From contig CALKAL010000049.1 in NCBI GenBank assembly GCA_937983065.1, positions 4,961 through 68,960 of the forward strand: DNA of 64,000 bases. Reading direction: 5' to 3'. This document shows, piece after piece, positions 47,229 to 58,417 of this stretch (the first letter of the stretch is position 1; the number at the start of each line of letters is the position of its first letter). The notes beneath the pieces were generated by a model, which had not been told where the DNA came from, did not search any database, and saw nothing but the letters and a program-made list of their open reading frames with translations. The DNA comes from an uncultured Bacillaceae bacterium (GTDB lineage Bacteria > Bacillota > Bacilli > Bacillales > Alkalibacillaceae). The position numbers and the translations under genes were made by a program.

Positions 47229-47816
47229 TTATTCATTAATGTATTGCATTAACACTTTCCACGCCTTATCTTTTCCTTCTCCTGTCATTGAAGAAAAAGG
47301 GATAATCGTATCTTCTGCTTCTAACTCAAGATGCTCTTTAATCGTTTTTAAATGTTTTTCCTTTTTTGATTTAGGTACTTTATCCATTTTCGTCGCAATA
47401 ACGACAACGGGAATTTGATAATGCTTCAAAAAGTCATACATAATCATATCATCTTCTGTTGGTGGATGACGTAAATCAACTAATAGCACAGTCGCTCGTA
47501 ATGAATCTCGCGTTTGAAAATATTCCTCCATCATCCGCCCCCACGCTTCTCGTTCCTTTTTCGAAACTTTTGCATAGCCGTAACCTGGTACGTCAACAAA
47601 ATAAAAGGAGTCATTAATTTTATAAAAATTGAGCGTTTGAGTTTTACCTGGTTTGGACGATGTCCGAGCTAAGCTTTTCCTATGAATCATCTTATTTATA
47701 AAAGAAGATTTTCCGACATTAGAACGACCAGCAAGAGCGATTTCGGGCAACAATTCTTGTGGATATTGCTTACTGCTAACAGCACTAATGACTAATTGTG
47801 CTTCATTCACGTTCAT
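47229..47816 (-). CDS. ysxC: ribosome biogenesis GTPase YsxC/EngB
   Basis: [19 protein letters not shown]. Confidence 0.97.
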   Translation of the reverse strand: MNVNEAQLVISAVSSKQYPQELLPEIALAGRSNVGKSSFINKMIHRKSLARTSSKPGKTQTLNFYKINDSFYFVDVPGYGYAKVSKKEREAWGRMMEEYFQTRDSLRATVLLVDLRHPPTEDDMIMYDFLKHYQIPVVVIATKMDKVPKSKKEKHLKTIKEHLELEAEDTIIPFSSMTGEGKDKAWKVLMQYINE

Positions 47817-50140
47817 TTTTTTGACTCCTTCAATAAAGCGTGTTGTAACACTTCATCTAAATGATTCACTTTGATAAAGTTTAAATCTTTACGAACACTT
47901 TCTGGAATATCTTCTAAGTCTTTATCATTCTCTTCAGGTATAATAATCGTCGTTAAGCCCGCACGATGGGCACTTAAAGATTTTTCCTTTAAGCCACCAA
48001 TCGGAAGCACCCGACCTCTTAAAGTGATTTCCCCAGTCATACCGACATCTTTTCTTACAGGGCGATTCGTTAATGCCGAAACTAAGGCGGTGGCAATTGT
48101 AATCCCTGCCGACGGGCCATCTTTCGGAACGGCGCCTTCAGGGACGTGGATATGAATATCGTGCTTTTCATGAAAGTCTGGTTTAATTTTTAGCTCATCC
48201 GCACGGGAACGAATATAACTGAAAGCTGCTTGGGCCGATTCCTTCATAACATCGCCAAGTTTTCCTGTTAACGTTAATTTTCCTTTACCTTTAGCAATCG
48301 ACACTTCAATTGACAGCGTATCGCCACCTGCTTGAGTGTACGCTAATCCTGTTGCTGTCCCTACTTGATGGTCAGCTTCAGCTTGTCCATAACGGAAAAG
48401 CGGTTTACCTAATAGTTCTTCTACTTTGTTTTCGGTTATAATGACCTTCTTCATTTCACCTGAAACGATAATTTTAGCCGCTTTTCTACAAAGGGAAGCA
48501 ATTTGTCTTTCTAAATTACGAACGCCCGCTTCTCTTGTATACATGCGGATCAATTTTAATATGGCAGCATCGCGAAATTGAACTTGAGATTTTTCAAGTC
48601 CATTTTCCTTCATTTGCTTTTTAATTAAATGCTCCTTTGAAATATGGAGCTTTTCAATTTCTGTATAGCCAGCAATCGAGATTACTTCCATGCGGTCTAA
48701 CAATGGACCTGGTATCGACTGCAGATAGTTCGCTGTTGCAACGAACATAACCTTCGATAAATCATAAGCTTCTTCAATAAAATGATCACTAAAATTATGA
48801 TTTTGTTCTGGATCGAGAACTTCAAGTAAAGCTGAAGCTGGATCCCCTCGAAAATCGCTCGCCATTTTATCGATTTCATCAAGTAAAAAGACAGGGTTAA
48901 CCTTTTCCGCCTTTTTCATACCTTGAATGATCCGCCCTGGCATCGCGCCAACATAAGTTCTTCGATGTCCACGAATTTCCGCCTCATCCCTCACACCACC
49001 GAGAGAAATTCTAACAAATTTCCTTCCGACAGCACGGGCAATTGATTTCGCTAAGGACGTTTTACCGACTCCAGGTGGACCGACTAAACAGAGGATTGGA
49101 CCTTTTAATGATTTCGTTAATCTTTGAACAGATAAATATTCTAATACCCGCTCTTTCACTTTTTCTAATCCGTAGTGGTCTTCGTTTAAAATTTTTTCAG
49201 CATGGTTTATGTCTAAATTGTCAATCGTCTCATCATTCCAAGGTAATGAAACGAGCCACTCAATGTAATTACGGATGACAGAGCTTTCAGCCGAGCTTTG
49301 GGGTACTTTCTCATAACGGTCTAATTCTTTCAAAGCGACAACTTCAACTCGCTCAGGCATGTCCGCTTCTTCAATCTTTTCTCTTAGCTGTTCGATTTCT
49401 CCGTTAATTCCATCTCGTTCGCCAAGTTCTTTTTGAATCGCTTTTAATTGTTCCCTTAAGTAATATTCTCTTTGGGTTCTTTCCATCGAGCGTTTTACCC
49501 GTTGACCAATTTTTCTTTCTAAGCTCAATACTTCTTTTTCATTTTGGATAAGATGAATTAAATAATCGAGCCGATCAGGTACGTAAGACGTTTCTAAAAT
49601 TCTTTGCTTTTGCCCGACTTTTAATGTTAAATGAGATGCGACCATGTCTGCTAAGCGACCAGGGTCATCAATATCTCTAACCGTTTCAAACGTCTCTTTA
49701 TTCAATCGTTTTGAGATTTTCGTATATTCTTTAAATTGTTTAATAAGCATACGCATTAGCGCTTGCTCTTCAACGTAATCTCCACGCTCATCCTCAAGCT
49801 CCTCATAAGAAGCAACAAAATATGGCTCTTGATTATTAATGGATGTAATTGTTGCTCGTTTTACCCCTTCGACTAATATCCGATTCGTCCCGTTAGGCAA
49901 CTTTATCATTTGCTTTATATGACCAATCGTTCCCGTTGAATATAAATCATCAACTGTCGGATTGTCGTTTGCCGATTCTTTTTGAGAAACTAAAAGAATG
50001 TGATGATCATCAACCATACATTTTTCTAACGCCTTCACAGACTTTTCGCGACCTACATCTAAATGTAAAACCATAGATGGATAAACGACGACACCGCGTA
50101 ACGGAAGGAGGGGAATTTCTTTAAGGTTTTCTTTTTCCAA
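47813..50140 (-). CDS. lonA: ATP-dependent Lon protease
   Basis: [23 protein letters not shown]; TTG start after GGAGGTG. Confidence 0.98.
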   Translation of the reverse strand: MEKENLKEIPLLPLRGVVVYPSMVLHLDVGREKSVKALEKCMVDDHHILLVSQKESANDNPTVDDLYSTGTIGHIKQMIKLPNGTNRILVEGVKRATITSINNQEPYFVASYEELEDERGDYVEEQALMRMLIKQFKEYTKISKRLNKETFETVRDIDDPGRLADMVASHLTLKVGQKQRILETSYVPDRLDYLIHLIQNEKEVLSLERKIGQRVKRSMERTQREYYLREQLKAIQKELGERDGINGEIEQLREKIEEADMPERVEVVALKELDRYEKVPQSSAESSVIRNYIEWLVSLPWNDETIDNLDINHAEKILNEDHYGLEKVKERVLEYLSVQRLTKSLKGPILCLVGPPGVGKTSLAKSIARAVGRKFVRISLGGVRDEAEIRGHRRTYVGAMPGRIIQGMKKAEKVNPVFLLDEIDKMASDFRGDPASALLEVLDPEQNHNFSDHFIEEAYDLSKVMFVATANYLQSIPGPLLDRMEVISIAGYTEIEKLHISKEHLIKKQMKENGLEKSQVQFRDAAILKLIRMYTREAGVRNLERQIASLCRKAAKIIVSGEMKKVIITENKVEELLGKPLFRYGQAEADHQVGTATGLAYTQAGGDTLSIEVSIAKGKGKLTLTGKLGDVMKESAQAAFSYIRSRADELKIKPDFHEKHDIHIHVPEGAVPKDGPSAGITIATALVSALTNRPVRKDVGMTGEITLRGRVLPIGGLKEKSLSAHRAGLTTIIIPEENDKDLEDIPESVRKDLNFIKVNHLDEVLQHALLKESKK

Positions 50141-50266
50141 GGAAGGACACCTCCAAATTTTCCACATAACATTATCATATAAAATTTAAAGATACGTGTA
50201 AATTGATATTGATTAACCTTTATTATGTTCTAAGTTTATCGAATATATTTTTCGATTAAACCAAAA

Positions 50267-50300
50267 GAAAAGGTACTCCATAACATGTTAGAGTACCTTT
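50267..50300 (-). terminator. terminator after clpX
   Basis: AAAAGGTACTC / GAGTACCTTTT. Confidence 0.75.
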
Positions 50301-50311
50301 ATTCGTTGTAA

Positions 50312-51589
50312 TTAAGCACTTTCTTTCGGTTTTTTCTTATTTTGATCGATAACGGAGCCATCCTGCATAATGAGCTTCGGCTTTCCTTTTTCTTTTTCAA
50401 TCGTATCTTTAGTGATAATACATTTTTCGATATCTTCTCTTGAAGGTAGCTCAAACATCATCTCAAGCATAACCCCTTCAATGATGGAGCGTAACCCACG
50501 GGCTCCTGTTTTACGTTCAATCGCTTTTTTCGCAATTGCAACTAATGCATCATCTTCAAATTCTAACTCAACATCATCCATTTGGAATAACTTTTCATAT
50601 TGTTTAACTAACGCATTTTTCGGTTTCGTTAAAATTTGAACTAATGCATCTTCATCTAACTGCTCTAAGCTGCCGATGATTGGTAAACGTCCGATAAACT
50701 CTGGAATTAAACCGTAACGTAATAAGTCTTCTGGTAGCACTTTCGTTAAAAGCTCAGAATCCTTCACCTTCGCGTTTTTAGAGTTCGAACCAAAGCCAAT
50801 TACTTTTTCACCAAGTCGACGTTTAACAATTTGATCAATACCGTCAAAGGCACCACCGACGATGAATAAAATATTCGTCGTATCAATTTGTATAAACTCT
50901 TGATGCGGATGCTTTCTTCCGCCTTGTGGTGGGACACTCGCTGTCGTTCCTTCTAATATTTTTAATAGAGCTTGTTGAACCCCTTCACCGGATACATCAC
51001 GAGTAATTGATGGGTTTTCTGATTTTCTTGCTACTTTATCGATTTCGTCGATATAAATAATCCCTTTTTCGGCCTTTTCAACATCATAATCAGCCGCTTG
51101 AATTAATTTTAATAAAATATTTTCCACATCTTCACCGACATAGCCCGCTTCGGTTAATGATGTCGCATCTGCAATAGCAAAAGGTACGTTTAAAATTCGT
51201 GCTAACGTTTGAGCGAGTAGTGTTTTCCCACTACCTGTAGGGCCGAGTAGTAAAATATTACTTTTAGATAGCTCAACCTCTTCGCTTACGAAATTCGTCT
51301 TGATCCTTTTGTAATGGTTATATACGGCAACGGACAATGACTTTTTAGCTTGTTCTTGTCCGATGACATAATCGTCTAATATATCACAAATTTCCTTTGG
51401 CTTTGGAATATCATTTAATTCCTCTTGTTCCACTGAGCCAAGCTCTTCTTCTACAATCTCAGAACATAAATCGATACATTCATCACATATATATACACCT
51501 GGTCCCGCTACAAGCTTGCGGACTTGGTCTTGCGTCTTCCCACAAAAAGAACATTTTAATTGTCCTTTATCATCATTAAATTTCAACAT
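50312..51589 (-). CDS. clpX: Clp protease ATPase ClpX
   Basis: CSFCGK zinc finger, [11 protein letters not shown] loop. Confidence 0.99.
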   Translation of the reverse strand: MLKFNDDKGQLKCSFCGKTQDQVRKLVAGPGVYICDECIDLCSEIVEEELGSVEQEELNDIPKPKEICDILDDYVIGQEQAKKSLSVAVYNHYKRIKTNFVSEEVELSKSNILLLGPTGSGKTLLAQTLARILNVPFAIADATSLTEAGYVGEDVENILLKLIQAADYDVEKAEKGIIYIDEIDKVARKSENPSITRDVSGEGVQQALLKILEGTTASVPPQGGRKHPHQEFIQIDTTNILFIVGGAFDGIDQIVKRRLGEKVIGFGSNSKNAKVKDSELLTKVLPEDLLRYGLIPEFIGRLPIIGSLEQLDEDALVQILTKPKNALVKQYEKLFQMDDVELEFEDDALVAIAKKAIERKTGARGLRSIIEGVMLEMMFELPSREDIEKCIITKDTIEKEKGKPKLIMQDGSVIDQNKKKPKESA

Positions 51590-51667
51590 GTTTTCACCCC
51601 GTATTTATCTATATTACACGCATAACATTTATCTTAAACAAATGAAAGGGAGTTATTCCGTAACATT

Positions 51668-51696
51668 ATTATGTACCCGTTCAGTAAAATAGTCAA
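51668..51696 (-). promoter_or_regulatory. sigma-A promoter candidate for clpX
   Basis: TTGACT-N17-CATAAT. Confidence 0.6.
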
Positions 51697-51848
51697 AAGA
51701 AAAAACTTACTATCATTTTACGCATATATTTATAAAAGTTACACTAAAAATTAAATTTACGCGCTTTATAATAATTATTTATGTATGTAAAATTTGAGTT
51801 AAAACAAGGCACGTATAAAACGCGCCTTGTCTTTATATGAGAATCAGA

Positions 51849-53135
51849 TTATTTTGTTTCACTATGTTCAACTAAAAAGTCAATCGCTTTTTTAATTTTT
51901 AAATCGTCTTTTACTAAATCAGTGTTACCGCCTAGCATTTCAACGACATTTTCCACTTCTAAATTATACATCTTAGCCATTTCTTCCATATCTTTTTGTA
52001 CATCTTCATCAGTTGCTTCTAAATTTTCTTCAATTGCAATCGCTTCTAATGTTAAGTTTGTACGGACGCGTTTTTCTGCGTCTTCTTTCATCTGTTCTCT
52101 TAGTGCGTTTTCATCTTGACCAGAGAATTGGAAGTAAATATCTAAAGTCATACCTTGCATTTGGAGTCGTTGTTCAAATTCTTGCATCATTCGGTCAAGC
52201 TCAGAATCGACCATCGCTTCAGGAACATCAATTTCCGCATTTTCCGTTGCTAGGTTAATTAAAGTTTCACGAAGCTCCGTATCTGCATCAGTTTCCTTCT
52301 GTTCTTCTAAACGTTTCTTCGTTTTTTCTTTTAATTGTTCTAACGATTCGACTTCTTCATCAACATCTTTAGCGAATTCATCATCTAGTTCAGGCACTTC
52401 TTTATATTTAATTTCGTGAATTTTCACTTTAAATACAGCTTCTTTACCTGCTAAATCTTCAGCATGATACTCTTCAGGGAATGTAACTTGAACTTCTACA
52501 TCCTCTCCTGATTCATGCCCGATCAATTGCTCTTCAAAACCTGGAATGAATTGATTTGAACCAATTTCTAAAGAATGGTTTTCATCTTTTCCACCTTCAA
52601 ATGGTTCCCCATCCTTAAAGCCTTCATAATCGATTACAACTGTATCGCCTTCTTCAACTTTACCTTCTTCTTTAACGACTAATTCAGCGTTTTGCTCTTG
52701 AAGAAGCTTTAACTCTTCTTCAATATCTTCATCCGTTACCGTCGTATCTATCTTCTCGACTTCTAGCCCTTTATATTCCCCTAATTTCACCTCAGGCTTT
52801 ACTGTAACAGTAGCTGTGAAAATAACTGGTTTTCCTTTTTCAATTTGTTCAACATCCACTTCTGGACGATCGACAGGGAAAATACCTGTTTCATCAATTG
52901 CATTTGAATAAGCATTCGGTAACATTAAATCAATCGCATCTTGATATAATGATTCAACCCCAAAACGTTTTTCAAAAATTGGTCGTGGCATTTTACCTTT
53001 TCGGAATCCTGGTACTTGCACTTCTTTTACTACTTTTTTGAAAGCTTGATCAAGCGCATTATCAAATTCTTCAACACTCACTTCGAATGTTAGTACGCCT
53101 TCATTGCCTTCTTTCTTTTCCCATTTTGCTGACAT
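51849..53135 (-). CDS. tig: trigger factor
   Basis: [26 protein letters not shown]. Confidence 0.98.
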   Translation of the reverse strand: MSAKWEKKEGNEGVLTFEVSVEEFDNALDQAFKKVVKEVQVPGFRKGKMPRPIFEKRFGVESLYQDAIDLMLPNAYSNAIDETGIFPVDRPEVDVEQIEKGKPVIFTATVTVKPEVKLGEYKGLEVEKIDTTVTDEDIEEELKLLQEQNAELVVKEEGKVEEGDTVVIDYEGFKDGEPFEGGKDENHSLEIGSNQFIPGFEEQLIGHESGEDVEVQVTFPEEYHAEDLAGKEAVFKVKIHEIKYKEVPELDDEFAKDVDEEVESLEQLKEKTKKRLEEQKETDADTELRETLINLATENAEIDVPEAMVDSELDRMMQEFEQRLQMQGMTLDIYFQFSGQDENALREQMKEDAEKRVRTNLTLEAIAIEENLEATDEDVQKDMEEMAKMYNLEVENVVEMLGGNTDLVKDDLKIKKAIDFLVEHSETK

Positions 53136-53268
53136 AAAAATCTTCCCTCCAAAATCTATTATTTCAATTAAAACCTTTCATTTTAAGGTGTAGCGAATGT
53201 TACACAAGTTTTGCAACCACTATATTATAACATAGATGACACGCCATTCAACAACTATGAATAAAAAG

Positions 53269-54258
53269 CTAAACTTCAATTTGCGAGAAATACTTTTTCT
53301 CTAATTGCTCAATTTTTTCAACCCAATTTAAAACGTTCGGAGCTATGTATTGATCCATTTTTTTCTCATCATCATATAAGTATTTTGTTGCTAAATAAGA
53401 AGCCGCTTTAGCAATCTCTTTTAACTCTTCGTCATTCGGTGTAAAAGGATAGTAAATATACAACAGCCGATACAAAATTTGCTTTATAAATATGAATAAC
53501 GTTGGGTCAGATTGCTCAATGTCATCTAATTCGTATAAAATGGCAATCGCAAATTTTGTCTCGAAAACATCTTCAAGCTCATTCGGGTTAAATAATTGGT
53601 CTTGGCCGAACTTCTCAACTTCAATATGTTTATTCACATCATATTCCGTACACCATTGTAAAATCCCCGTTTTAATAATCGGATTTAAATTTGTATCTGC
53701 TAAATAAGGTGTCAGCCGTTTCAAATATGGCTGGATTGGCTGCTGCCGCAAAACGGATAGTAAGCCCCACTGTGTTTGCAGCTCATTTTTTTCTAGGGAT
53801 TCAATAAACTGTTCAATTTGGTCATCCATTTGCTGATCTGGTGACGTTTCTAAAAATTGTTTACTCATGTTGTAAATTTGTAAATAAGACTGCTCGAACT
53901 CAAAAGGAACCTTTTCCGTTTCAAAAATTTCATCTAATAAACTTATCACTTCTTCATACCGGCTCGTTTGAAATAAAATAGACAAATAAATATGTAAGTA
54001 TTTATAATATTGACTTTGATCGTTATACATTAATTTTTTACAAAGCTCCAACGCTTCGTCATAACGATTCAATTCAATTAAACAAATGACTTTTGCGGTT
54101 AATATTTCATTTGTAGCTTCTTGAAACGACTCTAATTTTTCAATATGTATAAGAGCTTCTTTAAAATTCTTATGTTTGACCGCATTTAAACTTTCATTCT
54201 CTAATTGCTTACGCCAGCCAGGAAACATAATAATATCTTCATGTTCATTATTCACCAT
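53269..54258 (-). CDS. TPR protein YsoA-like
   Basis: IIMFPG N-terminus, TPR-like helices; upstream of tig. Confidence 0.8.
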   Translation of the reverse strand: MVNNEHEDIIMFPGWRKQLENESLNAVKHKNFKEALIHIEKLESFQEATNEILTAKVICLIELNRYDEALELCKKLMYNDQSQYYKYLHIYLSILFQTSRYEEVISLLDEIFETEKVPFEFEQSYLQIYNMSKQFLETSPDQQMDDQIEQFIESLEKNELQTQWGLLSVLRQQPIQPYLKRLTPYLADTNLNPIIKTGILQWCTEYDVNKHIEVEKFGQDQLFNPNELEDVFETKFAIAILYELDDIEQSDPTLFIFIKQILYRLLYIYYPFTPNDEELKEIAKAASYLATKYLYDDEKKMDQYIAPNVLNWVEKIEQLEKKYFSQIEV

Positions 54259-54681
54259 AACATCATCCTGTCTAAAAAGTTTTATAACCATACTTTACCC
54301 AAAATATTAAAGTTGAAAACGTATCGAGCCAACCTTTTTATGTATACCTTCATACTATACTATTTAAACTTGATTGTAAAAATAGTAATATCCATGATGT
54401 ACACTTAATTGTATGATTCCTTATTCAGATGTTATTTATTTTAGAATATAAGAAAAATCTCACTTATAGCAAGAAGTTCTTTTTTAATTTAAAAGGAATT
54501 TTAGTGTCCTTTATACAAAATATCGAGAAATTCATGTATAATCTATATGCGTATTTACATTTAGTAATCTTTTCATTCTCAATATTATTATGCGTGAACG
54601 ACTTTCTTTAGTTAAAATCAAGCCTCTAAGTGGCGCACGAATCAGTGTGTCTTTATTATGTTTTTAACGGAGGTAAGGATA

Positions 54682-55014
54682 TTGAGTGAATTACAATTTT
54701 CTAATACTCATAAAGAGTCTTATTTTGATGGTAAGCTACACCAATATGTTGGTTATTTAATTTTGTTTTTATTAATGGTCGTTTTAACCTTTGGATTAGC
54801 ATATCCGTGGGCAATCACGATGATGCTTAAATGGAAAACTAGACATACAGTTATTGAAGGGAAAAGACTCCAGTTTAAAGGGACTGGCATCGGTCTATTT
54901 GGAAACTATATTAAATGGTGGTTACTCACAATTGTTACTTTAGGAATCTATTTATTTTGGTTAATTATTTCCGTAAATAAATGGAAGGCGAAACATACAG
55001 TATTTGACCAATAA
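54682..55014 (+). CDS. DUF898/YjgN-like membrane protein
   Basis: GGAGG RBS and TTG start; two internal repeats F.G...T.G...W.......W...HTV. Confidence 0.75.
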   Translation: MSELQFSNTHKESYFDGKLHQYVGYLILFLLMVVLTFGLAYPWAITMMLKWKTRHTVIEGKRLQFKGTGIGLFGNYIKWWLLTIVTLGIYLFWLIISVNKWKAKHTVFDQ

Positions 55015-55059
55015 AGATATAAAAGGATAAAATTGTTGATTATTAAGGGGGATTTAAAT

Positions 55060-55692
55060 ATGAGACGCGTGTTATTTTTAATTTCAATGACGATGATTGC
55101 ATTATTTTTAGTCGCATGTGATGAGGCGGTCATTCAAAATGTAAATAATGAAACTAATAATGACGTACAAGAAAATAATAATGGAACAAGTGAAGATGCA
55201 AATCATATCGAAAATAATCTAGGAACAAACGAAACTTCTAACGATGATGAAAAAATCGAAGGAAATGAAGAGGAACTGGAATTAGTATCGAAAGAAAATA
55301 ATGACGAACCAATTATAAATGAGATGGGAGATACCGTTCACTTTAACGATCTTCACATTACATTAAATGATGCTTATTTAAGTGAAGGTGGGGAATGGGA
55401 AACTCCTTTCAATGATTATTATTTAATTTTAGACTTATCAATTGAAAATACGGCTGATGAGCCAAAAAATGTTTCTACTTTACTTCAAATGTCTGTTGTA
55501 GACGATGAAAATTATAGCTATGATATTACGATATTTACTGAAACGAAAGGTAGTTTAGATGGTGAAATTGGGCCCGGAAGAACGACCCGAGGTGAAGTCG
55601 CTTTTGATGTTGATTCGTCAAGCTATTACGAATTTGTTTATGAAGATCCATTTAGAGCTGGACAAGCGATTTGGCGATTTGAAGCGAATTAA
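55060..55692 (+). CDS. DUF4352-like acidic lipoprotein
   Basis: lipobox LVAC, N/E-rich linker, GSLDGEIGPG...RGEVAFDV. Confidence 0.78.
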   Translation: MRRVLFLISMTMIALFLVACDEAVIQNVNNETNNDVQENNNGTSEDANHIENNLGTNETSNDDEKIEGNEEELELVSKENNDEPIINEMGDTVHFNDLHITLNDAYLSEGGEWETPFNDYYLILDLSIENTADEPKNVSTLLQMSVVDDENYSYDITIFTETKGSLDGEIGPGRTTRGEVAFDVDSSSYYEFVYEDPFRAGQAIWRFEAN

Positions 55693-55848
55693 TTTATGTT
55701 AGAATAAATATTTTTTAAAATAATAGTTGCTATATTAAGAAGGGTAAAAGGGTAGGCCCCCAAAGTAAGGTGAATTTTTCGCCCTAAATTGGGGAAATGG
55801 AGTACCAATAACCCTTCTTTTTTAATTCTTATTATACAGCTAAAACAA

Positions 55849-56561
55849 CTAAACACCAGATAAAATACCGCCTTCAACTAGAAATTCTCCACCCGTTGAA
55901 TAAGTTGATTCATCAGATGCAAGGAAGAGCACTAAATTGGTAACTTCTTTAGTCTCACCCATACGTTGTAACGGAACTGACGCTGCAACAATTTTTTCTG
56001 CATCTTTATTTTCACTAACCATTGCCGTTTTGATTGCTCCAGCATGAATCGTGTTTGCTCGAATCTTGTATTTTGCCAACTCTAAAGCAGCTACTTTTGT
56101 CATACCAACCATCGCAAATTTCGATGCGGAGTAAGCTATATGGTTTTCAACGCCACGAAGTCCCGCTATGGAAGAAATATTTATGATACAACCTCCTCCT
56201 GGATATAATGCATTCCTAAAAATGCGGAAGTTTGGTTAATTTCAATAATTTTCCGATATGTCTTGGGCGTCATTTCTTCAAGAGGCTCTAGAATCGCCAC
56301 ACCTGCATTGTTAATAAGTACATTTACAGGACCGAATGCCTCTTCTGTTTCTTTAATTACATTCTGCCAATCCGTTTCACTTGTAACATCATGCTTTATA
56401 AATTTTACGTTTTCACCAAGTTCATTCGCTAAATTCTCTCCTGATTCTGCATTCAAGTCCGTAATGACAACTTTTGCTCCTACAAATTCCTGAGCGTGAA
56501 CAGAACCCATACCGCCTGCCCCACCTGTAATAATCGCAACCTTATCCTATTAACGGGCCAT
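55849..56561 (-). pseudogene. SDR dehydrogenase pseudogene
   Basis: AGGAGG-ATG GCC CGT TAA TAG then DKVAIITGGAGGMG; frameshift near 56200 before GGGCIINISS...YSASK. Confidence 0.9.
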
Positions 56562-56884
56562 CACAAATCTCCTCCTAATTTTTCAATCCATTTTCATTTT
56601 ATTTACAACTATTATTATGTCATTTTTCAGCATAATAATTCAGTTATTAGGAGAGATAGTTAGGTTGATGATGTTTTCCGATGAGATTTTTATGCTTCGA
56701 TATTTTCTAGATAAAAGGGACCCTCGCCTCCTCAAACATATAGATTTCGCTAAAAAAGAACCCTACTAGGATCCTTTCATAAATATCTACAAAAACGAAA
56801 TTATTAAATAAAAAACACGTTAAATGCTAAGTATAAGCGTTTTAACGTGTTTGTTGGATATGTAGCGTAACCTAATAAATTACT

Positions 56885-57091
56885 TTACAAAAACCTCATT
56901 AATTGAACGATCACTAAAACCACGATAGTAATAGTCACAATCGTTGAAATGATTTTCTTAGAAATTTTTAGTAAACCTAATACAAGGACAAGTATAATAG
57001 CAACAACAATAGGCAAACCAACGATGTTAATTAAACTGTTTAAAAAATCGTTAACAGATTCACTCAAGAACGATGTAAAGTCGAAATCCAT
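56885..57091 (-). CDS. small 2-TM hypothetical protein
   Basis: AAGGGGGG RBS; hydrophobic; followed by terminator-like IR at 56811-56851. Confidence 0.65.
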   Translation of the reverse strand: MDFDFTSFLSESVNDFLNSLINIVGLPIVVAIILVLVLGLLKISKKIISTIVTITIVVLVIVQLMRFL

Positions 57092-57323
57092 ATTATCAAT
57101 CCCCCCTTAAATCATATATCGGTTGTAATGGAATTTTATATAATATATTCGTACAAATTAAGAATTTTACTAGAATTCTTTTTAATATTTTGCTTCGATT
57201 TTAAATTAACCACCTAGCTGTAGTTCGGATTAAATATATTTATTTAAAAGTTGATTAAAAGCCTGCCCCATTTCTGCTCCAATTTGCTCTTTTCTTTATC
57301 GCACTAAAGCAAATCATTAAACA

Positions 57324-57370
57324 TAAAAATAGCCTAAAACCATTGATGTGATTGGCTTTAGGCTATTTTT
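57324..57370 (-). terminator. terminator of tRNA operon
   Basis: AAAATAGCCTAAA / TTTAGGCTATTTT. Confidence 0.8.
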
Positions 57371-57376
57371 AATTAG

Positions 57377-57450
57377 CGTCCCAGGAGCGATTCGAACGCC
57401 CGACCGACAGCTTAGAAGGCTGTTGCTCTATCCAGCTGAGCTACTGGGAC
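57377..57450 (-). tRNA. tRNA-Arg(UCU), CCA not encoded
   Basis: cloverleaf GTCCCAG...CTGGGAC-G, anticodon loop CTTCTAA, TTCGAAT. Confidence 0.95.
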
Positions 57451-57463
57451 ATATAAACTTGTA

Positions 57464-57537
57464 TGGAGCGGGTGAAGGGAATCGAACCCTCGACAACAGC
57501 TTGGAAGGCTGTGGTTTTACCACTAAACTACACCCGC
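57464..57537 (-). tRNA. tRNA-Gly(UCC)
   Basis: GCGGGTG...CACCCGC-TCCA, anticodon loop CTTCCAA, TTCGATT. Confidence 0.97.
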
Positions 57538-57564
57538 ATATTATTTGATTTTAATATTATTTAT

Positions 57565-57700
57565 CGGAGTACACACTATAGGTACATTTTTCTCCGTGGT
57601 ACCTGTCCCTGCATCTGCTAGCTTATTCATGGATGCAAATGCTTCGGGACAACTCGTAGTTATGACACAGATGCTTTGCTCGTCACTAAACTACACCCGC
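57565..57700 (-). other. tRNA-Gly-derived unit with an 81-nt structured D-loop insert (57604-57684)
   Basis: first 17 nt identical to tRNA-Gly 5' end; after the insert GGTA and CCAC resume, then the tRNA 3' half is absent; multiple helices. Confidence 0.6.
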
Positions 57701-57725
57701 AATTTGCTTTATACAGACAAGATTT

Positions 57726-57755
57726 ATTATATATAATTAAATGCAAGTATGTCAA
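57726..57755 (-). promoter_or_regulatory. sigma-A promoter of tRNA operon
   Basis: TTGACA-N18-TATAAT with AT-rich upstream region. Confidence 0.8.
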
Positions 57756-57825
57756 GGGTAAATTTAAAAAATCAGATTGCTGAGAAGTATTTTATTTCTC
57801 AGCAATTAATTATATGTTACATCGG

Positions 57826-58413
57826 TTACCTAATTGTTTCTACTATTTTATCTAATGCCCGTCTGCGATGACTAATTTTATTTTTTTCGTCATCTCCTAG
57901 TTCAGCTAATGTTTCTTTATAACCGTCAGGAATGAAAATCGGATCATAACCGAAGCCTTCCGTTCCTTTTGGCTCAGTGGCAATGATTCCATCACAACGA
58001 CCTTCAACGACAATCGTTTCCTTCCCTGGCTGGGCTAAAGCGATGGCGCATATAAACGCTCCTGTTCGATCTTCATGAGGAACTTCAATCAATTTTTTTA
58101 AAACTTTTTGTAAATTTTTTTGATCATCTTTCGCTTCGCCTGCATAACGGGCTGAATAAATGCCTGGTTCACCATTTAACGCATCAACGACTAATCCCGA
58201 ATCATCGGCTAATACATTAATTTGAAAAGCCTCACTATACGCTTCAGCTTTCAATATAGCATTTTCTTTAAAACTCATCCCTGTTTCCTCAACATCTTGG
58301 GCCTCAGGGTACTTTTCATACAAACTAACTATATCAATATTTAATTGGTTAAACATTTGCTCATATTCTTTTAATTTACCTTTATTCGTCGTTGCAATGT
58401 AAAAACGTTCCAT
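57826..58413 (-). CDS. rdgB: XTP/dITP diphosphatase (HAM1 family)
   Basis: ATTNKGK, ADDSGL, GFGYDPIF, SHR. Confidence 0.96.
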   Translation of the reverse strand: MERFYIATTNKGKLKEYEQMFNQLNIDIVSLYEKYPEAQDVEETGMSFKENAILKAEAYSEAFQINVLADDSGLVVDALNGEPGIYSARYAGEAKDDQKNLQKVLKKLIEVPHEDRTGAFICAIALAQPGKETIVVEGRCDGIIATEPKGTEGFGYDPIFIPDGYKETLAELGDDEKNKISHRRRALDKIVETIR

Positions 58414-58417
58414 CGAT

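Noticed and set aside
54625-54650. TGGCGCAC as a tRNA 3'-end att duplication bounding the islet
   Set aside because: Does not match the 3' end of the adjacent tRNA-Arg(UCU) or tRNA-Gly; too short.
57374-57377. tRNA-Arg lacking encoded CCA
   Set aside because: Common in Bacillaceae; CCA is added enzymatically.
57600-57690. Hammerhead ribozyme reading of the D-loop insert (UGACGAG...CGAAG)
   Set aside because: Core deviates (GUGA not CUGA, GAAG not GAAA, no NUH) and stem I cannot be formed convincingly.
57521-57701. 18-bp direct repeat as CRISPR or prophage att pair
   Set aside because: Only two copies 163 bp apart, no cas or integrase gene, and it is the tRNA 5' end.
57348-57736. Plus-strand ORFs of 66 and 63 aa
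   Set aside because: Antisense to the tRNAs and the tRNA-derived unit; no RBS.
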